A stretch of 61,785 nucleotides of DNA, the filler included, from Rhabdomonas costata (Eukaryota): the NCBI GenBank assembly GCA_019059605.1. It is 19 parts of 19 records of this genome, joined end to end, with 100 filler letters (N's around TTAATTAATTAA, not from the genome) between each part and the next. Parts side by side here need not be neighbours in the genome. Positions count along the whole stretch, not along the records: positions 9,781 to 12,938 come from JAHMHO010001265.1; positions 13,039 to 16,200 come from JAHMHO010001266.1; positions 16,301 to 19,459 come from JAHMHO010001267.1; positions 19,560 to 22,717 come from JAHMHO010001268.1; positions 22,818 to 25,975 come from JAHMHO010001269.1; 14 more parts are not named here. One strand, written 5' to 3'. A model generated the notes under the pieces. It saw nothing but the letters and a program-made list of their open reading frames with translations. It searched no databases and had not been told where the DNA came from. Position 1 is the stretch's first letter. Each line of letters starts with the position of its first letter. This document shows positions 9,681 to 22,995 of this stretch, piece by piece. The translations under genes were made by a program, and so were the position numbers.

Positions 9681-12355
9681 NNNNNNNNNNNNNNNNNNNN
9701 NNNNNNNNNNNNNNNNNNNNNNNNTTAATTAATTAANNNNNNNNNNNNNNNNNNNNNNNNNNNNNNNNNNNNNNNNNNNNGGTTGGTGGTAATCGTAGTT
9801 TACTTACCCCTGATTTCTACTCAAAAAACTATAGTCCCGGCGGCACCACGGCGATCAAAGAGTTCCCGCGGCATAGTTGCAGTGTGACACCGGTGCCCTA
9901 CCTAGGACCAATACAAGGAAAAAAGGCAGGAGCCCTGCCCACTTTGTCAAGGAAACAGCGGGCGACATGGTATCAGACATTCCCGGTTCTATGTGTTTGG
10001 TCTGAGGGCAGGGTCGCGGGTTTGATTCCCGGACCCTTACAGGGCGTTCACGTCCAAACCAGTTTTGCGGCCGCTCAAAACACGGTCCTTACACTCAAGC
10101 TCTGTTAAGTACGTGTCTTATATCCCAATGATGTCCTTTTTACCCACGAAATCCTTTTTTCTGTGGTACCACTTGACAAGTCCCATTCTCCACCATTTTA
10201 CGCCCGATTCTCTCCAGCACATTCTTCCTCCATCCATCTTGTGGGCCAAATTATGGCTGGAAAACCACTGTCTTGATACAACACAGTTCTTTTGACAGGC
10301 TGTTTCTTTACACTCGTGCTGCGAAGTGGCCTCAACATTTGAGTTCCCTGGCGTTACATTGGGCCTTTCATCCCCTCATCACATCGTCGCCACTGTTTTG
10401 TATAGTATTGCGCGTTTTCCCATGACTGGTTAGTCTACCGCTGAAATTTGTCGGAAAATTTCCTACCCTGTTTTCCAAATTAATCATCAGTCTTTAAAAC
10501 CAATGCCCATCAAAACTTTTACTTTTCTGAGCGTCCTTTACTGGTAATTCCCTCCTGGCTTTCTTTTACCGCTTTCTGAGCTCCAAAAATCCCAAACCGG
10601 CCTGCTTTTCCTTTTACGTTAGTTCCTTCTCCTTCTTTGGATCCTCCTGTGTTTAACCCTACCGCTTGAACTGTGATTCCCTACCGGTGAAAGTTCCCAT
10701 CGATGATTCTTCACTTCAGTAGAATAGAAAGCAAACTGGTATCATACGAAGAAAAACTTCTTGACGTGGAGTTTAACAACAAAAATCAAAGGGGCAAAAA
10801 CCCAAAGTAGATCCTAGAGAACGGAATTTAACACCCAGTAGCCCTTCTTGACTCCTGCTTCACGTCTGCCGCCGATATGAGGCAAGCAGGCTGCACCTTT
10901 TTTCTGCATCTTCAGCGACAGCCCCGTTTTCGGATAACGTCCTAGACAACGGTCGCTGCCTATGCCTTAGCCCTTTGACCCAAGCACGCTCCAGCAACAG
11001 TTTTCACCAGGGTGAGTGGACCTTGGATGCCTGGAGTAGCTGGAAGCTCTTAGTTGCTGGACGCTAGTGGAGAAAGCACGCTATTTGCAAAGCTTTCAAG
11101 CTTCGGGAGTCCCAAGCCGACGCTCCAGTGGCACCCATTGCCCCCATGGAACCCGATAATACACAGCGGGCGGAGGAGTTCTGCAGCGGAGGCCGAGGCC
11201 CCCGCGAATGGGATGCAGCCCGTGCCGGGACCGACCAGGGTGTCAATGGTCTCCGGGCACTCCTCGGGGCCGTGTGCCTGGGGAAAGTTGAACCGCTCCA
11301 CGAGGACCACCACAACATGGGTAACACAAGCGGAGCACTTGGTGGTCTTGTGCGGGGAAAAGCATGGGAACAGTAGGCAGGGGAACAACGGAAGAGGGAG
11401 GGATGCCCCGTGCCTAGATTTGAAGGTTTAATCGAGTCACCTATGAGCATAGGATCAACAAAACGGTTCTTTGCCAGTGAGTGACAGAAAAGCACAATGC
11501 ATCTATCTGTAGAAGCAATCGTGAGCACAAAAGGAATAAACGCAGTGTCTATCGAAAAAACATCTGCATAAATGGCGCAGGAAGCGATTGCTGGTCCAAC
11601 TTCGTTGTGTGCCGGTTCACGGAACTCGACCTGTTTGTTACAATTAATGTGTACAACAGCTCATAAAATGTTCCCGATGATAAAAAGAACCCGTAATTCC
11701 ATAATAAAATCACCAAGAAACCAACCTCCCTGGTTTGGCACAGGTGGTAAGCTCCTCTTAGGTTTTGTAAAAACTGGGTCGTTGAGAAAAGGGCCAGGGC
11801 AGCCTAGGAAGAGCCGGTGGGTTCTGTTCACATGAAGCAGCGCACCGCTGCCAGATCAAGGCATAATTGTCGTGCCTTACGGTGGGAATGAAACCGCAGG
11901 GCGTAAATTTGGATGAAAAGCAAGATGAATGCTGAACTTGAATTTTTTTCGCTCAGAACACAAATATCCATGCCGACCTGTCACCGATGGAAGGGAGTCC
12001 TCACTAGGAAAAAGGGGACCCTTGGGACGCGTGTCGAAATGTGAAACATAGGATACGACTTTCGCGTGGCGCAAATGGAGCGGGGGGTGGATTGCTAAGA
12101 GACATGGGGGCGAGGGGCCTCATGGCCATCCACGTGACAGCAGGCAGCATCTCAGTTCTGCATTTTATCTGCTAAAGCAGTGGGACTTCGGATTCAAGTC
12201 TGATACTACCGACTATTACAGGCTACTACTTTTTACGGGTGTTAACAGATACTGAAGCCGCTGAAGCCTTCACGTGCATGATATGTAATGACTATTAGGG
12301 CGCCAACACCAACGTGAACTTCAAGGACACACAGAAGCTTTGATACACGACTGAC

Positions 12356-12631
12356 ATGATATACGGCATCTACCACCTCGAGACTGGATGGTGGTACGTC
12401 GACCATATCGTGAACAAGTAGTGCTAGTGGTCCCACAAGCACCGGTATGAGCGGAATACATAGACTGACCTGTTCCACAGAGCCATGGCGAACGAGATCT
12501 CCACGTTCTCCTTCGTGATATTCCCACTGTACAAGTGCCGCACCCGGGAGGCCAATGTGAACAAGTTCCGGTACACCGCGCTAGAACTACTGGGTTGGGC
12601 GTCTGAACAGCATGTGGCCATATGGCTTTAA
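12356..12631 (+). pseudogene. Decayed GIY-YIG endonuclease-like frame
   Basis: MIYGIYHLETGWWYVDHIVNK*C*WSHKH...LFHRAMANE..F...FPL resembles GIY-x-YVG...R...H...L..A....F...L; three in-frame TAG stops. Confidence 0.55.
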
Positions 12632-13038
12632 CTGAACCGTTCCATGGAAGCCCGTTGAGGCCTTTGTGCTGAGTAAGTACCGCATTCCAGCGCCATACAG
12701 GAGAGAGCACAATGACAAGTCCCCACGAGGTGAGCCGCCAGGTCTCCACCTGGTTGAAGCAGCTCGAAACTCTAGGTGAGGACGCCCTGAACAAGGTCAC
12801 CTGGAGTCTCTCGACTGGATACAGTCCAGCGTCCCTGCAGACAAGCTCTTGGACGGACTGACGTACGTGGAGGCCCAGAACATCGACGAGCTGCATGCGC
12901 GAAGAGCATCACCTTCGGATAGTAACTACCCCAACACCNNNNNNNNNNNNNNNNNNNNNNNNNNNNNNNNNNNNNNNNNNNNTTAATTAATTAANNNNNN
13001 NNNNNNNNNNNNNNNNNNNNNNNNNNNNNNNNNNNNNN

Positions 13039-14521
13039 GGGTTGTGGTGACAACCTACGAGGCGTGTAACTGACTCGCTCTCTTTGTATGCTTGGCCAAG
13101 ACGAGACAAGACAAGACAAGAAAAGAAAAGAAAAGAAAAGACCGCGCCAAAGTCGCAAACACACCAATCAACATTCAAGACGCGAACCCACCATCTGTTG
13201 CTTTTCGTGTTTTATGAGTTGCTTTATATGTTTTATGTCAGTCATTTTTTGGGCGAATCAGGTGGTCTCGAGGGAGATATCCACCCTGAAACGGCTGAGG
13301 TTTCGCTATGTGATTGTGGACGAGGCCCACCGGCTGAAGAACGATCAAAGCGTTCTTTCACAGGTTCTGTAAGTTTTCTTCCAGGCTTTTTGCTTGCCCC
13401 AGCCTCTCTTTTGTTTAACCCTTTTCCATTCGTTAGTCAAACCCGCTACGCTGTACCCCGTGTGCAATGCGCTTTGACTCTGTCCATCCCGTGCCCTGTG
13501 GGTTACGTTTCCATCCTTGCCTGGTGTGCTGCCGCACTCCGTTTGCATTTTTTTCCGAAGGTTGTGCGAAGGCTGCGGTCGAGCTTCCGGCTGCTGCTTA
13601 CGGGCACCCCGCTGCAGAACAACCTGCACGAGCTGTGGGCGTTGCTCAACTACATCCTCCCAGACGTGTTCGACTGCTCGCAGGCTTTCGACTCTTGGTT
13701 TGCGTGTAGCCCTGTTGTTCGGACAAAATCAGAATTAGGCCCTTCTCGAATTGTTCACCGAGTGTCTGACACTAAATAAAACCAAGTGACCGCGAATGAG
13801 TGTCCTAAAGCGACTGCTGTTGAGTGGTGACGTCAGTGATAACGACCGCGAACGATCAGAAAACGCATGGTCAGCGGATCGCCCGCTTTTGCTTCGCATT
13901 TTTGCTCTTTTTTTTTCCGTGGTGACAGATTCAGAAAAAGTCGACAGCAACGATAATACTGCCCAACTCAACGCTAGTTTAAACCTAACCCGCTCGCAGA
14001 ACCGTACCCTCCGCATAACGCAGCGCACCGCCGGCACCTTTTCCCTAAACCATGTCTAACGTTAAATCAGGCGGAGATGCTGCCTGGCTGATGACCCAGC
14101 CACTCCGCCAGGACTTCTGTAAGGGCATCAGATCATTCACAGTTCACCTATTTCACCTAACTTACGTACACTCTTTCTCTCTCTGGCGCTGGAGTTTTCC
14201 TCATAGAAAAACCTGCATCGTATTGGAACTGCGCCGAGACATGGGGATTGTTCCTTAAGGTTCAACACGTCCACGGGGAGCTCCGAGAACTCCGTTGTGC
14301 TGCAGCTACATAAGCTGCTGAAGCCGTTCATGCTGCGGCGTTTGAAGGCCGAGGTGGAGCGCGGGCTGCCGCCGAAGAAGGAAGTTCTGGTGAGCTGCCC
14401 GCTGTCTGCGATGCAGCGGGGGTGGTACATGCGTATCTTGGCGCGGGATCCCGGGCTGGTCAACGGCACTCAGGCGGTATCCCGGGTCGGCTTGTTGAAC
14501 ATGGTGATGCAGCTGCGCAAG
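13039..14521 (+). CDS. ISWI-type SNF2-family chromatin remodelling ATPase, partial (exons 13039-13061, 13262-13363, 13561-13697, 14260-14521)
   Basis: Spliced motifs VVTTYE / [11 protein letters not shown] / [21 protein letters not shown] / [22 protein letters not shown] / [10 protein letters not shown]; phases are consistent; intron 1 is GC-AG. Confidence 0.95.
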
Positions 14522-15194
14522 GCATGCACAATGAAGCCCCGCTCCTGCACATACATACACTTCAGTTCACCTCCAATGCTCATGAGAGAATTCTGAAAGA
14601 AGAAGCGGATCATTTTGGACGTACATCTGGACAAGGTTTTCTCAAAAAAAAACCTTTTAAAACCTTTAAAAATCACGGCCCTGCGGCACAGGCACAGTAG
14701 TTCTTGCAGCAGAGTTCAGCAGGAAACGGACAATCTGCAAGCAGGACCGCGAAAAGATACGACAGTCCCTCCTCTCGCATCACTCCTTCCACCATAGTTC
14801 ACTACGCCACCATAAGGTGTCTCCGTTCACCCAGCATGCATGAACTCAGGGGGGAGAAGTGTTCCTGCGGAGCCCTTACCCTTACGTTGCCCTCTCTTAC
14901 ATGTTAGAGTGAGAGTCCCTCCCAGTCGCTAACTCTAACGCTAGGGTTGGGATGTGGCATCTTGGCATCTGGTATGCTTCTGAGTGCCCTTCCTTCCAAC
15001 ATCCCAGCATCCCATCCAGCATCGCAGCAACACATCATGGTGGGAGAATGACGATGGATGCAGAGGGTGTGACATCGGCCCTTGCGCAGCCCTCTGTCTC
15101 TCTCCCTACCTCCATCACCAACATCACCAGCATCACGGTTGCAGTAGAGGGAGTGGAAGTGGAGGAGGTGACAATTTGGCAATGCACAGGGTCA

Positions 15195-15430
15195 CTCGTA
15201 CCACCACCAACATCACTACTACCATGGGGTGCCAACATCGTACGGTGGATTGGATCGGTGTGTGTACGTTGAGTCAAGGAGGCATTGCTGCAGCCATGAC
15301 CGGTAAGTACCACACTCGTCCGTACCAACATCGATGACATGATTCGGGTGGAAGGGTGTGAGTGACGTTGCATCACCGGTAGCCCCTCACCTCAATCACT
15401 CCCCTCGTGTGGGTGGAGTGGGTGCTGCCT
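15195..15430 (+). repeat. Diverged dispersed repeat, related copy at ~43075-43305
   Basis: Shared collinear blocks CATCAC.ACTAC, TTGGATCGG.GTGT and CACCTCAATCACTC...GT.TGGGT.GAGTGGGT on two different contigs. Confidence 0.55.
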
Positions 15431-18400
15431 TGACGTTCCACCAACAGATGGCATAACAGCATCGACACCTTCAGCATACCAACATCAACCCTGTGCGTGG
15501 GATTACAGGGTGTGTTACGCCCATTCCACTACAGGGGTTAGATGCTGATACCACTCTCAGTACCAACACTGCCACGACCACCATAGAATAGGAATAGTGC
15601 CTCAGGAGGAGAGAAGGACGTTACTCCTACGCCTCTACCTTACGCTCTACTCCTACCCTTCAACATAGATGCGTGTACAGCTACTAATAGGATAAGACAC
15701 CCTACGTTGGCATCCACACACCTACATTGTGGTGTAGTGTCCACTGGTGACAGAGGGCCATGAACGTGTGACGACCTGCGAGGAACGTCCATGGCTCACC
15801 CTCTGTGTCTCAGCATCACCTCAGCACCTGCACTTGACCAGCCTGTGGCGTTCATGCATAGCCTTAGCTCAACTGTTCCCAGCGGCCTTCCACGAAGTAC
15901 TCCACATTTCATTTCCTTGTTTCCTACGTGGGATCTCAGCTTGTCGTGTGTACTCGTGTTGGTGTCGTTTCCTAGGTCGTAGCTGTTGCGGGTAGCGCCT
16001 CTTGCATGGTCACACAGTCCCCCTAGGTCTCCTATCCAATCACCTCCACTCCGCTCGACGAAAGACACCGTACCCAAAGAAGCCCTTGACCACCAGGAAG
16101 CCCACACGAACGAGAAACCAGTGAGATGGGAAAGCGCAATCGACATGGTTGACCAAGAAGCGTTGCCGCACGAACACAGAACCCGATACCAACCCAACCC
16201 NNNNNNNNNNNNNNNNNNNNNNNNNNNNNNNNNNNNNNNNNNNNTTAATTAATTAANNNNNNNNNNNNNNNNNNNNNNNNNNNNNNNNNNNNNNNNNNNN
16301 TTCCCGAACCTTGCTGCCATCCGACCAGTCACTCCAGTGTGCTTCTCTTCGGCAGTGCCCTGCCTATTTAGCGCCGCGGCAACGAATCCTTCTTTGGGTG
16401 TTCTTTTCCATTTTACCCAGTTTTTTCTTTTTACTATCGTAGGTTTTTTTTCGCTGTTTTCCGCGCCAGTTTGTCTGCTTTCTGGGTGTGGTCTACGAGA
16501 TTTACGAGATTTCCGGGAGTCACCGTGTCTTGTCTTTAGCACTGCACATGCTTTTTAATTGCCGCTACCAAGAGGCGGAGAGGTTAAACCCACAATAATG
16601 TTGTGTGGGTGTCTTTCTGAACTCTGTCTGAGCTACTGACTGAGGTGTACAGTGGGAGGGTGAACATAATGCCGATGCGGATCTGCCCCCGGAGCCGAGC
16701 TCGTGCTGCTTTTGCTTCACGATTGCCGCAGCGGAGTTTGGTTTGGTTATGGGGAAGCCCTAGGGCGATTGGGTTACCGCTGCTGTGCTCTGGCACCCAA
16801 TGAGGCCAAGGGAAGCAGTGAATCATCTCACATCAATCGATGAAGCCTGCATGCCAAGTTCAACCTCCCCCCCCCCTCCAGCGCCCAGAGGTGTTTCCAT
16901 GCAGCATTGGTTGCGTGGTGTGGTTGCGGATGTAGGTTTTGTTAGAATGGCATCGGCATCCCAACAAAAGCACTGAAATTTTTGAATATTCGAGAATCAC
17001 GCTCGATCATGGATTTCTCCCATCATTGGTCACCAACGACATCCGCATCAGAGCTGATCGTAAACCATCACTTAGCACGAACAAGGACAGGGCCCTATTT
17101 TGCCTCAGGTTGTTGTTTCACCGGTGCTTTTTTTCTGCGGTTTTCGGCTCTTGATGGAAAAGTGAAAGCCTGGTACCACAACTACCGCAAAACCTAAAGT
17201 CAACCGCGCGGAGGCAAGAACCCTCTCCCCCACTCTTTGAGCGCATTATGACCCGGTCGGTGGGTGAGGGGAACGGAGCTCAGTGGACGAGGAAGAGCGG
17301 GACTGCACAGCGCCCTGCACCATCCCTGCGAGGGGTGAGGGTAGGGTGTGATAAAAATCTTTGCAGGTTTGAAAGGTTCCCTCCACTTTGGATTTAGGAA
17401 TTACTTGCGAAGAGGGCGAAACTTCATTACACTGCTCGAAAGGTCAAGCTCAACGACCAAATACCACGGCATCGAAGGGCTTTTTGGGTGTTCATCCGCG
17501 ACAGCAGCCGTTCAATCATTATACACCACCCCCTCTCCTAAAGGACACAGCGACGGGCTTGCACAACCATGGCGAAACAAACGTCTGTGAGCGGGGCGAG
17601 CCGCGAACCATCAAGTACACAGCGACGGGCAGGCCCAGGTAACAAAGCGCGACTCTCCTGCTCTCCCCGAAAGCAGAGCATACTTTCCAAGGGGTAGGGC
17701 GAGTGAGCAGAGTGAGCTGCCATTGGTCAGCGCCAACAGAAGAAAAGAAAACGGGTGCTTTCTGCATTCAGGTAGATTGCTCCTTTGCAGTGAACTCGGA
17801 AACACACCAGGCAGTAGCCAGAGACGCGCCTGCACACGATTTGCACCTCCAAGAAACTTCATTATCACAAACATAAGCAAATGGTGTCTCCATCTGTCTA
17901 TCAGCTCTTTTTTTACGTGCTAAAGTGCGCCGCTCCGCAAACTCATAACTGCAACCAACATAGGGAAAACATATGCACGACAACCAGAACCTTAAACACT
18001 CCTCTCCTGAAGCAGACGCTCACAGAATCCAAAGGTCACTTCAAAAACCAACAAAAACACGGAATCAACCGAAAAAAAAATCGCGCCTTTGGCGCACTAA
18101 CGACTTAGCAGTGCTTCATATCTCACCCATTTTTCAACTCGCACTCCAGGAAACCATTTTGAGTCATTCAGGGTGTGACCTCGGTGACGCTGCCGAGGAC
18201 TTGCGCGAATAGTTTTCTCTTTTACTTGTCTCCGCAAGTGAGGTGCCATTAATGGGGCCAGGGATGGTATCTGGGGGGGGGGGTTCCTCCGAAGGAACGA
18301 ATTCAAACGTTCTGGAACAAACCTCCCCGCCCTCAGCATCAGTTCTACTCTGGCGACACACCTTGCAGACATTGCAAGGGTCTATGGTGGAATGGGGAAT

Positions 18401-21400
18401 TGATGCAGGGAAGGCGCACCACCGCCGCAGCCTGGCTGGGAGCGATTCCAACTCCCACCACCTTCGCAAACCTTTGCGAGAACATTCACTTTCCAAGGGT
18501 CAACAGACTATAAGCAGCAACAGAGGCGGCGAACCTTCTCCTTTTTCAACGAAGCGATCGATACACAAAAACACAATCACAAACCAGGGTCCAACAGGAT
18601 TCACAAAAAAAAAAAGTTAGAGAAAGACAGAGCGTGTGTGTGAAGGGTGAGTGAGGGTGGGTTCCTTCTATTGGGAGAAAAGTGAGGTGGAGCCAAAAAC
18701 GGGGGAATCAAATCCACCGTTACCATGACAGGATACCTAGGTAGGTAGGTAGGAGGAAAGCCACCAAGCTTTGCTGTCGCCGTTGTGGGTGAAAACTGTT
18801 TGAACCTGATGTAAAGAGGTGAGAGAGAGTTTGCGAGAATTTTTTTGGTAGCCGCGCATGAAGGTCAGTTTGGTCTGGGGCGGGATGCAGTGAGAAAGGA
18901 AGCCGATTGCGTTCCGGGGGACCGGCTGCCTGAAACAGAAACAAATGCCCTCCGGAGTTGAAGAAGGGCGTTACCCTGAGCCAACTGTGAGCCCAGAGTG
19001 TCCAGAACGCAAAAAGCAACACAAGATAGAAGAAGCACGAAAAAAGGAGGGGACGGGGTAGGAGAAGATTAGAGAGTGGAAATGGAATGGGGGAGAAGGA
19101 AGGCACATGAAAAGCACTGACAGCCCACCGAGCAACGTAGTGGAAAAAGGTTCCGCAAGGGTTCGGCTACGGCCTTTGAAGATCTGCGGCCGCGGAGCAA
19201 AATGAAAACGGCAGCTTGCCACTGGACAAAGCACCATACCATACGGATCTGAAACTTCGCAAAAATGCACCTCTGCGGCACGTAGCCTAAGGTTCCGTGC
19301 ACCAAAGGTGCGCACCCCGCGCACCCCAGGGTTCACCCCAGGAAATACTGCACATCGCAACGCACACTTCAGCACACTACAGCTCTCTGTGCGTACTCGC
19401 AGTGGAACTTCGAACTTCGGAAGACGAGCGCATGGTCAAGTGGAAGTCACCCAACAAACNNNNNNNNNNNNNNNNNNNNNNNNNNNNNNNNNNNNNNNNN
19501 NNNTTAATTAATTAANNNNNNNNNNNNNNNNNNNNNNNNNNNNNNNNNNNNNNNNNNNNGATCCCCCCTTCCCCTGATCTCGCGGGCAAATATACAAAAT
19601 GCACAAAGCTACTGCGCCATATTATTGACCATTTTTCATTCAACATTCAGAAGCTCGGTTCCTATAGTGTGGGTAATTCAGTAAACAACTGCAAACAAGG
19701 ACACTGGCATTTTGGGAGAACAAACACAAAACCAGCATGACCATTTTGCTTTACTAAAGCGAACATATTCACAAACCTTGGCACTTAGCCTCCGCCTTAA
19801 ACACGTATCTTAACACTCGTCCCAAGCAGAGCAATGCGAATTCCCTTGAGATGCGAATATTTGCAGGGTAGCGTGGAGCGTTTCTCTGTTTTGGTCAGAA
19901 TGTCTTAAGGGCAGCGTCGAAGTCCCCAAGCCCAGGCGCTATTGAGGGTCGCCGTCGCGCATCTGTTGATATTGAACCCGACCTTGTATGATGACTCGGT
20001 AGCATGCCATTCAAAACCAAAAACATCACACATGGGTCACCCTCCCTATAAGGTCATAGCGGCAGGAAGTTCTGGTAGGGGTCGCTGCAAAAGTTGTTGA
20101 CTGCTGGTCTGACTAGTTGTGGGAATCGTAGCCAGCCTTCCAACCAAACCTCAACAATCTGAGACCCGCAGGAATGGGAATGGCCTTCCGGAACCAAAAA
20201 GAGACTATCGCACCACGCACCGTTGCAGCATGACCGTAAAAAGTTACGAATGGTGCCCCGCTGACGGCGTCCCATAGCACTGCTCCGTTAGGACCGCCTC
20301 CGCACAGGAGGTAGGCACCTTCCGGGCTGAAGCAGACACCATGTATGCTTTTGCTGCTCTACCGGCCCTCCCCTTTCACAAAGACACGCCGGCCTGCACG
20401 CACCGCTACCAAAGTCAGGTGAGCTCCGCAACCAGCCTTTCATCGTTGCCAACAAAATCGGTGAGGTTCGGTACACCTCTGCCTTGCCCGCAAGAACCCA
20501 GTGGCCTCATGGGGGTTCTCCGTCCCGAGCCCTTCGCGCGGGACCGCAGGAAGAAGGCAAGGCCAAAAAAGGAAACGAGACCACAATGCACACCTTGGGC
20601 TGAAACCTCGCAGCTATTGATACTGTGCAGGCCACCAAACACCCGAGGCCAAGGCCGAGGCCTTCTCTGCAGCTCCACAGCCACCACAGCCGCCACCCAA
20701 GGGCAAGGGCATCTCGGTCCAGCGCACAGCAGCGCACAGCACCACCTCTTTGAGATGCAGCCGAGCGAGCATATCTCCCCACAGATCATTGGAAAGCACA
20801 ACCACGTTGGTTTCATGGGATTCTCGGGCCTCCTTTCCTCCTGCCTCAGTTGAATTTCTTTTCCGGCCAGAACCTGCAGAGTCCCTCGCCCTCCGGAAAC
20901 AAAACAATTAGGAGCCTAAAATCTTTGACTGATTGAGAAAGGAGAGGAGAAATGGACGAACATACAGCTTGAAGATCCACCCAGGTTCCGTTGAGGAAAA
21001 TATGAGAGCGCGTTGCTCTGTGAACACCCGCCCGAAACGATCTTGCAGACCTGACCCGGTTTCAATTTTCACAATTTTATGTGCGCTCGAAATGGTTTTT
21101 TTGCATGGGACCGCGTAAGCGGTAAAGTAATCATGATATCCGCTTTTGGGTTTAGGGGGTAAAAGTAAGTACCCCCAAAAGAACCCTTCCAGCAAATGAA
21201 CTAGCCATTTGTTCGAAGAATTGCTGGCGAATGACGACTCCGTGCATCAACCGCTGGTGAATCACCGCAGACACAGAGGGCACCGGTCTCCAGAAGAGTT
21301 TGAGGCCGAGGCCTTCTCTGGAGCTCCACTGAGACCACTGGAAATGGGCATATGAGGCAACTTCGGAACACTGCACACAGAAGACCTGGTATTCTCACCA

Positions 21401-21919
21401 TGATTCTGGAGAATAGCACCCCTCAGGGAACTTGATAGCTCAGTATTCTTTCCAACTGCAGCCACTGATCCTTGATTCTCTGCCTTTAACCTTCTCTTTA
21501 AACGGGATTTACTTGCTGCGAGCTGACTGACACCGACGTAATATTTGCCTGGGTACCTAGCAGCTATGCTGTCGAAGCACCTCCAACCTCGGTCAACCCA
21601 TCAAACAAAATACTAAACTGGTCATACACACTGATCCCGGTTGTGATTCGATGAGAAGTGAGGTTTGCGAGGCAGGAAAATAGGCAGATGACAGTATGCT
21701 GAGTATGCTCGCCGTGCACCAAGGCAAGCAATGTGCAAATGCATAGGTCATAAAAAAAGGCAAAATTCCGAAGCGCAAAAACAAAACCACGTCTCGCTCA
21801 CCACTTGAAAAAGAGCCAAACAGCCAGCAAACGGCTAAAAACGCTGCCAGTTCGACGCCCCAGAAAAACTCCACAAGACAAAATATTTCAAAAAAAAATC
21901 AAGTCGCGTTTTCCTTTCC

Positions 21920-22252
21920 TTAGCCCACAAAGCCCAACAGCCCCGACAGATACCGTGGAAGTATCCAGGACCGAAGCAGGCCGTTTATGTCCCCACTCAC
22001 CACAACCTCACCGCCCACCGCACAGGATTGCACTGGACCGGTGTGCCCGCAAAGAGTCATGAGCTCTGATCCTTTCCGCAAGTCCCACAGCTTAACGGTT
22101 TCATCAAAACTCGCGGTGGCCACCCGCCACCCCAAAGGATCAGCAAACACCGCCTGCCTCACTTCACGGCTGTGCCCGACAAGTGTCACCTCGCACTGGC
22201 CTGACCGAAGGTCCCACAGCGCAGCAGTGCAGTCCTCGCATGCAGACAAGAC
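21920..22252 (-). CDS. WD40-repeat protein, terminal exon
   Basis: CAG acceptor at 22253, then SACEDCTAALWD..GH..ATASFDETVKLWD..GHTGPV; ends in TAA. Confidence 0.9.
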   Translation of the reverse strand, partial: VLSACEDCTAALWDLRSGQCEVTLVGHSREVRQAVFADPLGWRVATASFDETVKLWDLRKGSELMTLCGHTGPVQSCAVGGEVVVSGDINGLLRSWILPRYLSGLLGFVG

Positions 22253-22817
22253 CTGGGGGGACAAGTGAACTCATCAGGAACAAAAGCCCGGCGGTATCGC
22301 TAACCATAACAACATGCAGATAAAGATGAACCTACGGGTGGGGCAGGGCGCCCCAGAGGTCAAAGGGCAGGGGGATATACAAGTGTCTCGACGATGTGCA
22401 ATGTGCGGCAGTCTGGTTTCTACGAACGCTGCAAACAGGGTAGAATAAGAACTCATCCGAAAGAACGGGTTTCGGGCGAAGTGGAGGCGGAGCCCCGGTC
22501 GCTCTGCGGAGCCATCCTCAGTATTATTAGTTTCGTTCGAGGTTATACAGCGATGACACGGTAGTCTTTCACGCATTGGCGGTTAACATATAACGGGATA
22601 CACTTCACCGAGCAATAAAAACGAAAACCAATGCTCAAGGGAAGAAAAAAAGCCTCGGATGCGGCTGCTCACGACGAATGGGGCGCAGAGGGCAGCCACT
22701 CCGCTCCACCCCCCACCNNNNNNNNNNNNNNNNNNNNNNNNNNNNNNNNNNNNNNNNNNNNTTAATTAATTAANNNNNNNNNNNNNNNNNNNNNNNNNNN
22801 NNNNNNNNNNNNNNNNN

Positions 22818-22995
22818 TTTGTTTGAGGGCGGGCGCCCCCCTTGTAAAAGCGGGTGCTCTCTCTTGGCGTGCCTGTGTTTCTGTGCATCGCCTTTCTTGT
22901 TTCTGTGCGTAGTGTTTTACCAGTGCGCTGCGGTGGTGGGCTTTGATTTTTATCGCTTCTCGGGCCTTGGCGCGAGACTTGCGGCTTCCCCCATT
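22818..22995 (+). repeat. Dispersed ~180-bp repeat, related copy reverse-complemented at ~42370-42545
   Basis: Collinear GGGCGGGC..CCTTGTAAA..GGCGTGCCTGT.TTTCTG..GTGGTGGG..GCCTTGGC.CGAGAC.TGCGGC on two contigs. Confidence 0.75.

Noticed and set aside
10008-10035. tRNA gene (GGTCGCGGGTTTGATTCCCGG; a similar B-box lies on the minus strand at ~47015-47040)
   Set aside because: Only a T-arm-like piece, no cloverleaf; at most SINE remnants.
14522-14530. Non-canonical donor after QLRKAC in ISWI
   Set aside because: AAG|GCATGC fits the local GC donor consensus and the next exon is off-contig, so nothing more exotic is needed.
16301-19459. Numerous 60-130 aa ORFs, including a possible PH-like exon at ~19403-19459
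   Set aside because: No conserved motifs sufficient for a call; consistent with chance ORFs in GC-rich non-coding DNA.
20600-21340. Shared 27-nt core AGGCCGAGGCCTTCTCTG.AGCTCCAC at ~20651 and ~21303
   Set aside because: A real short duplication, but no interpretable gene or element could be built around it.
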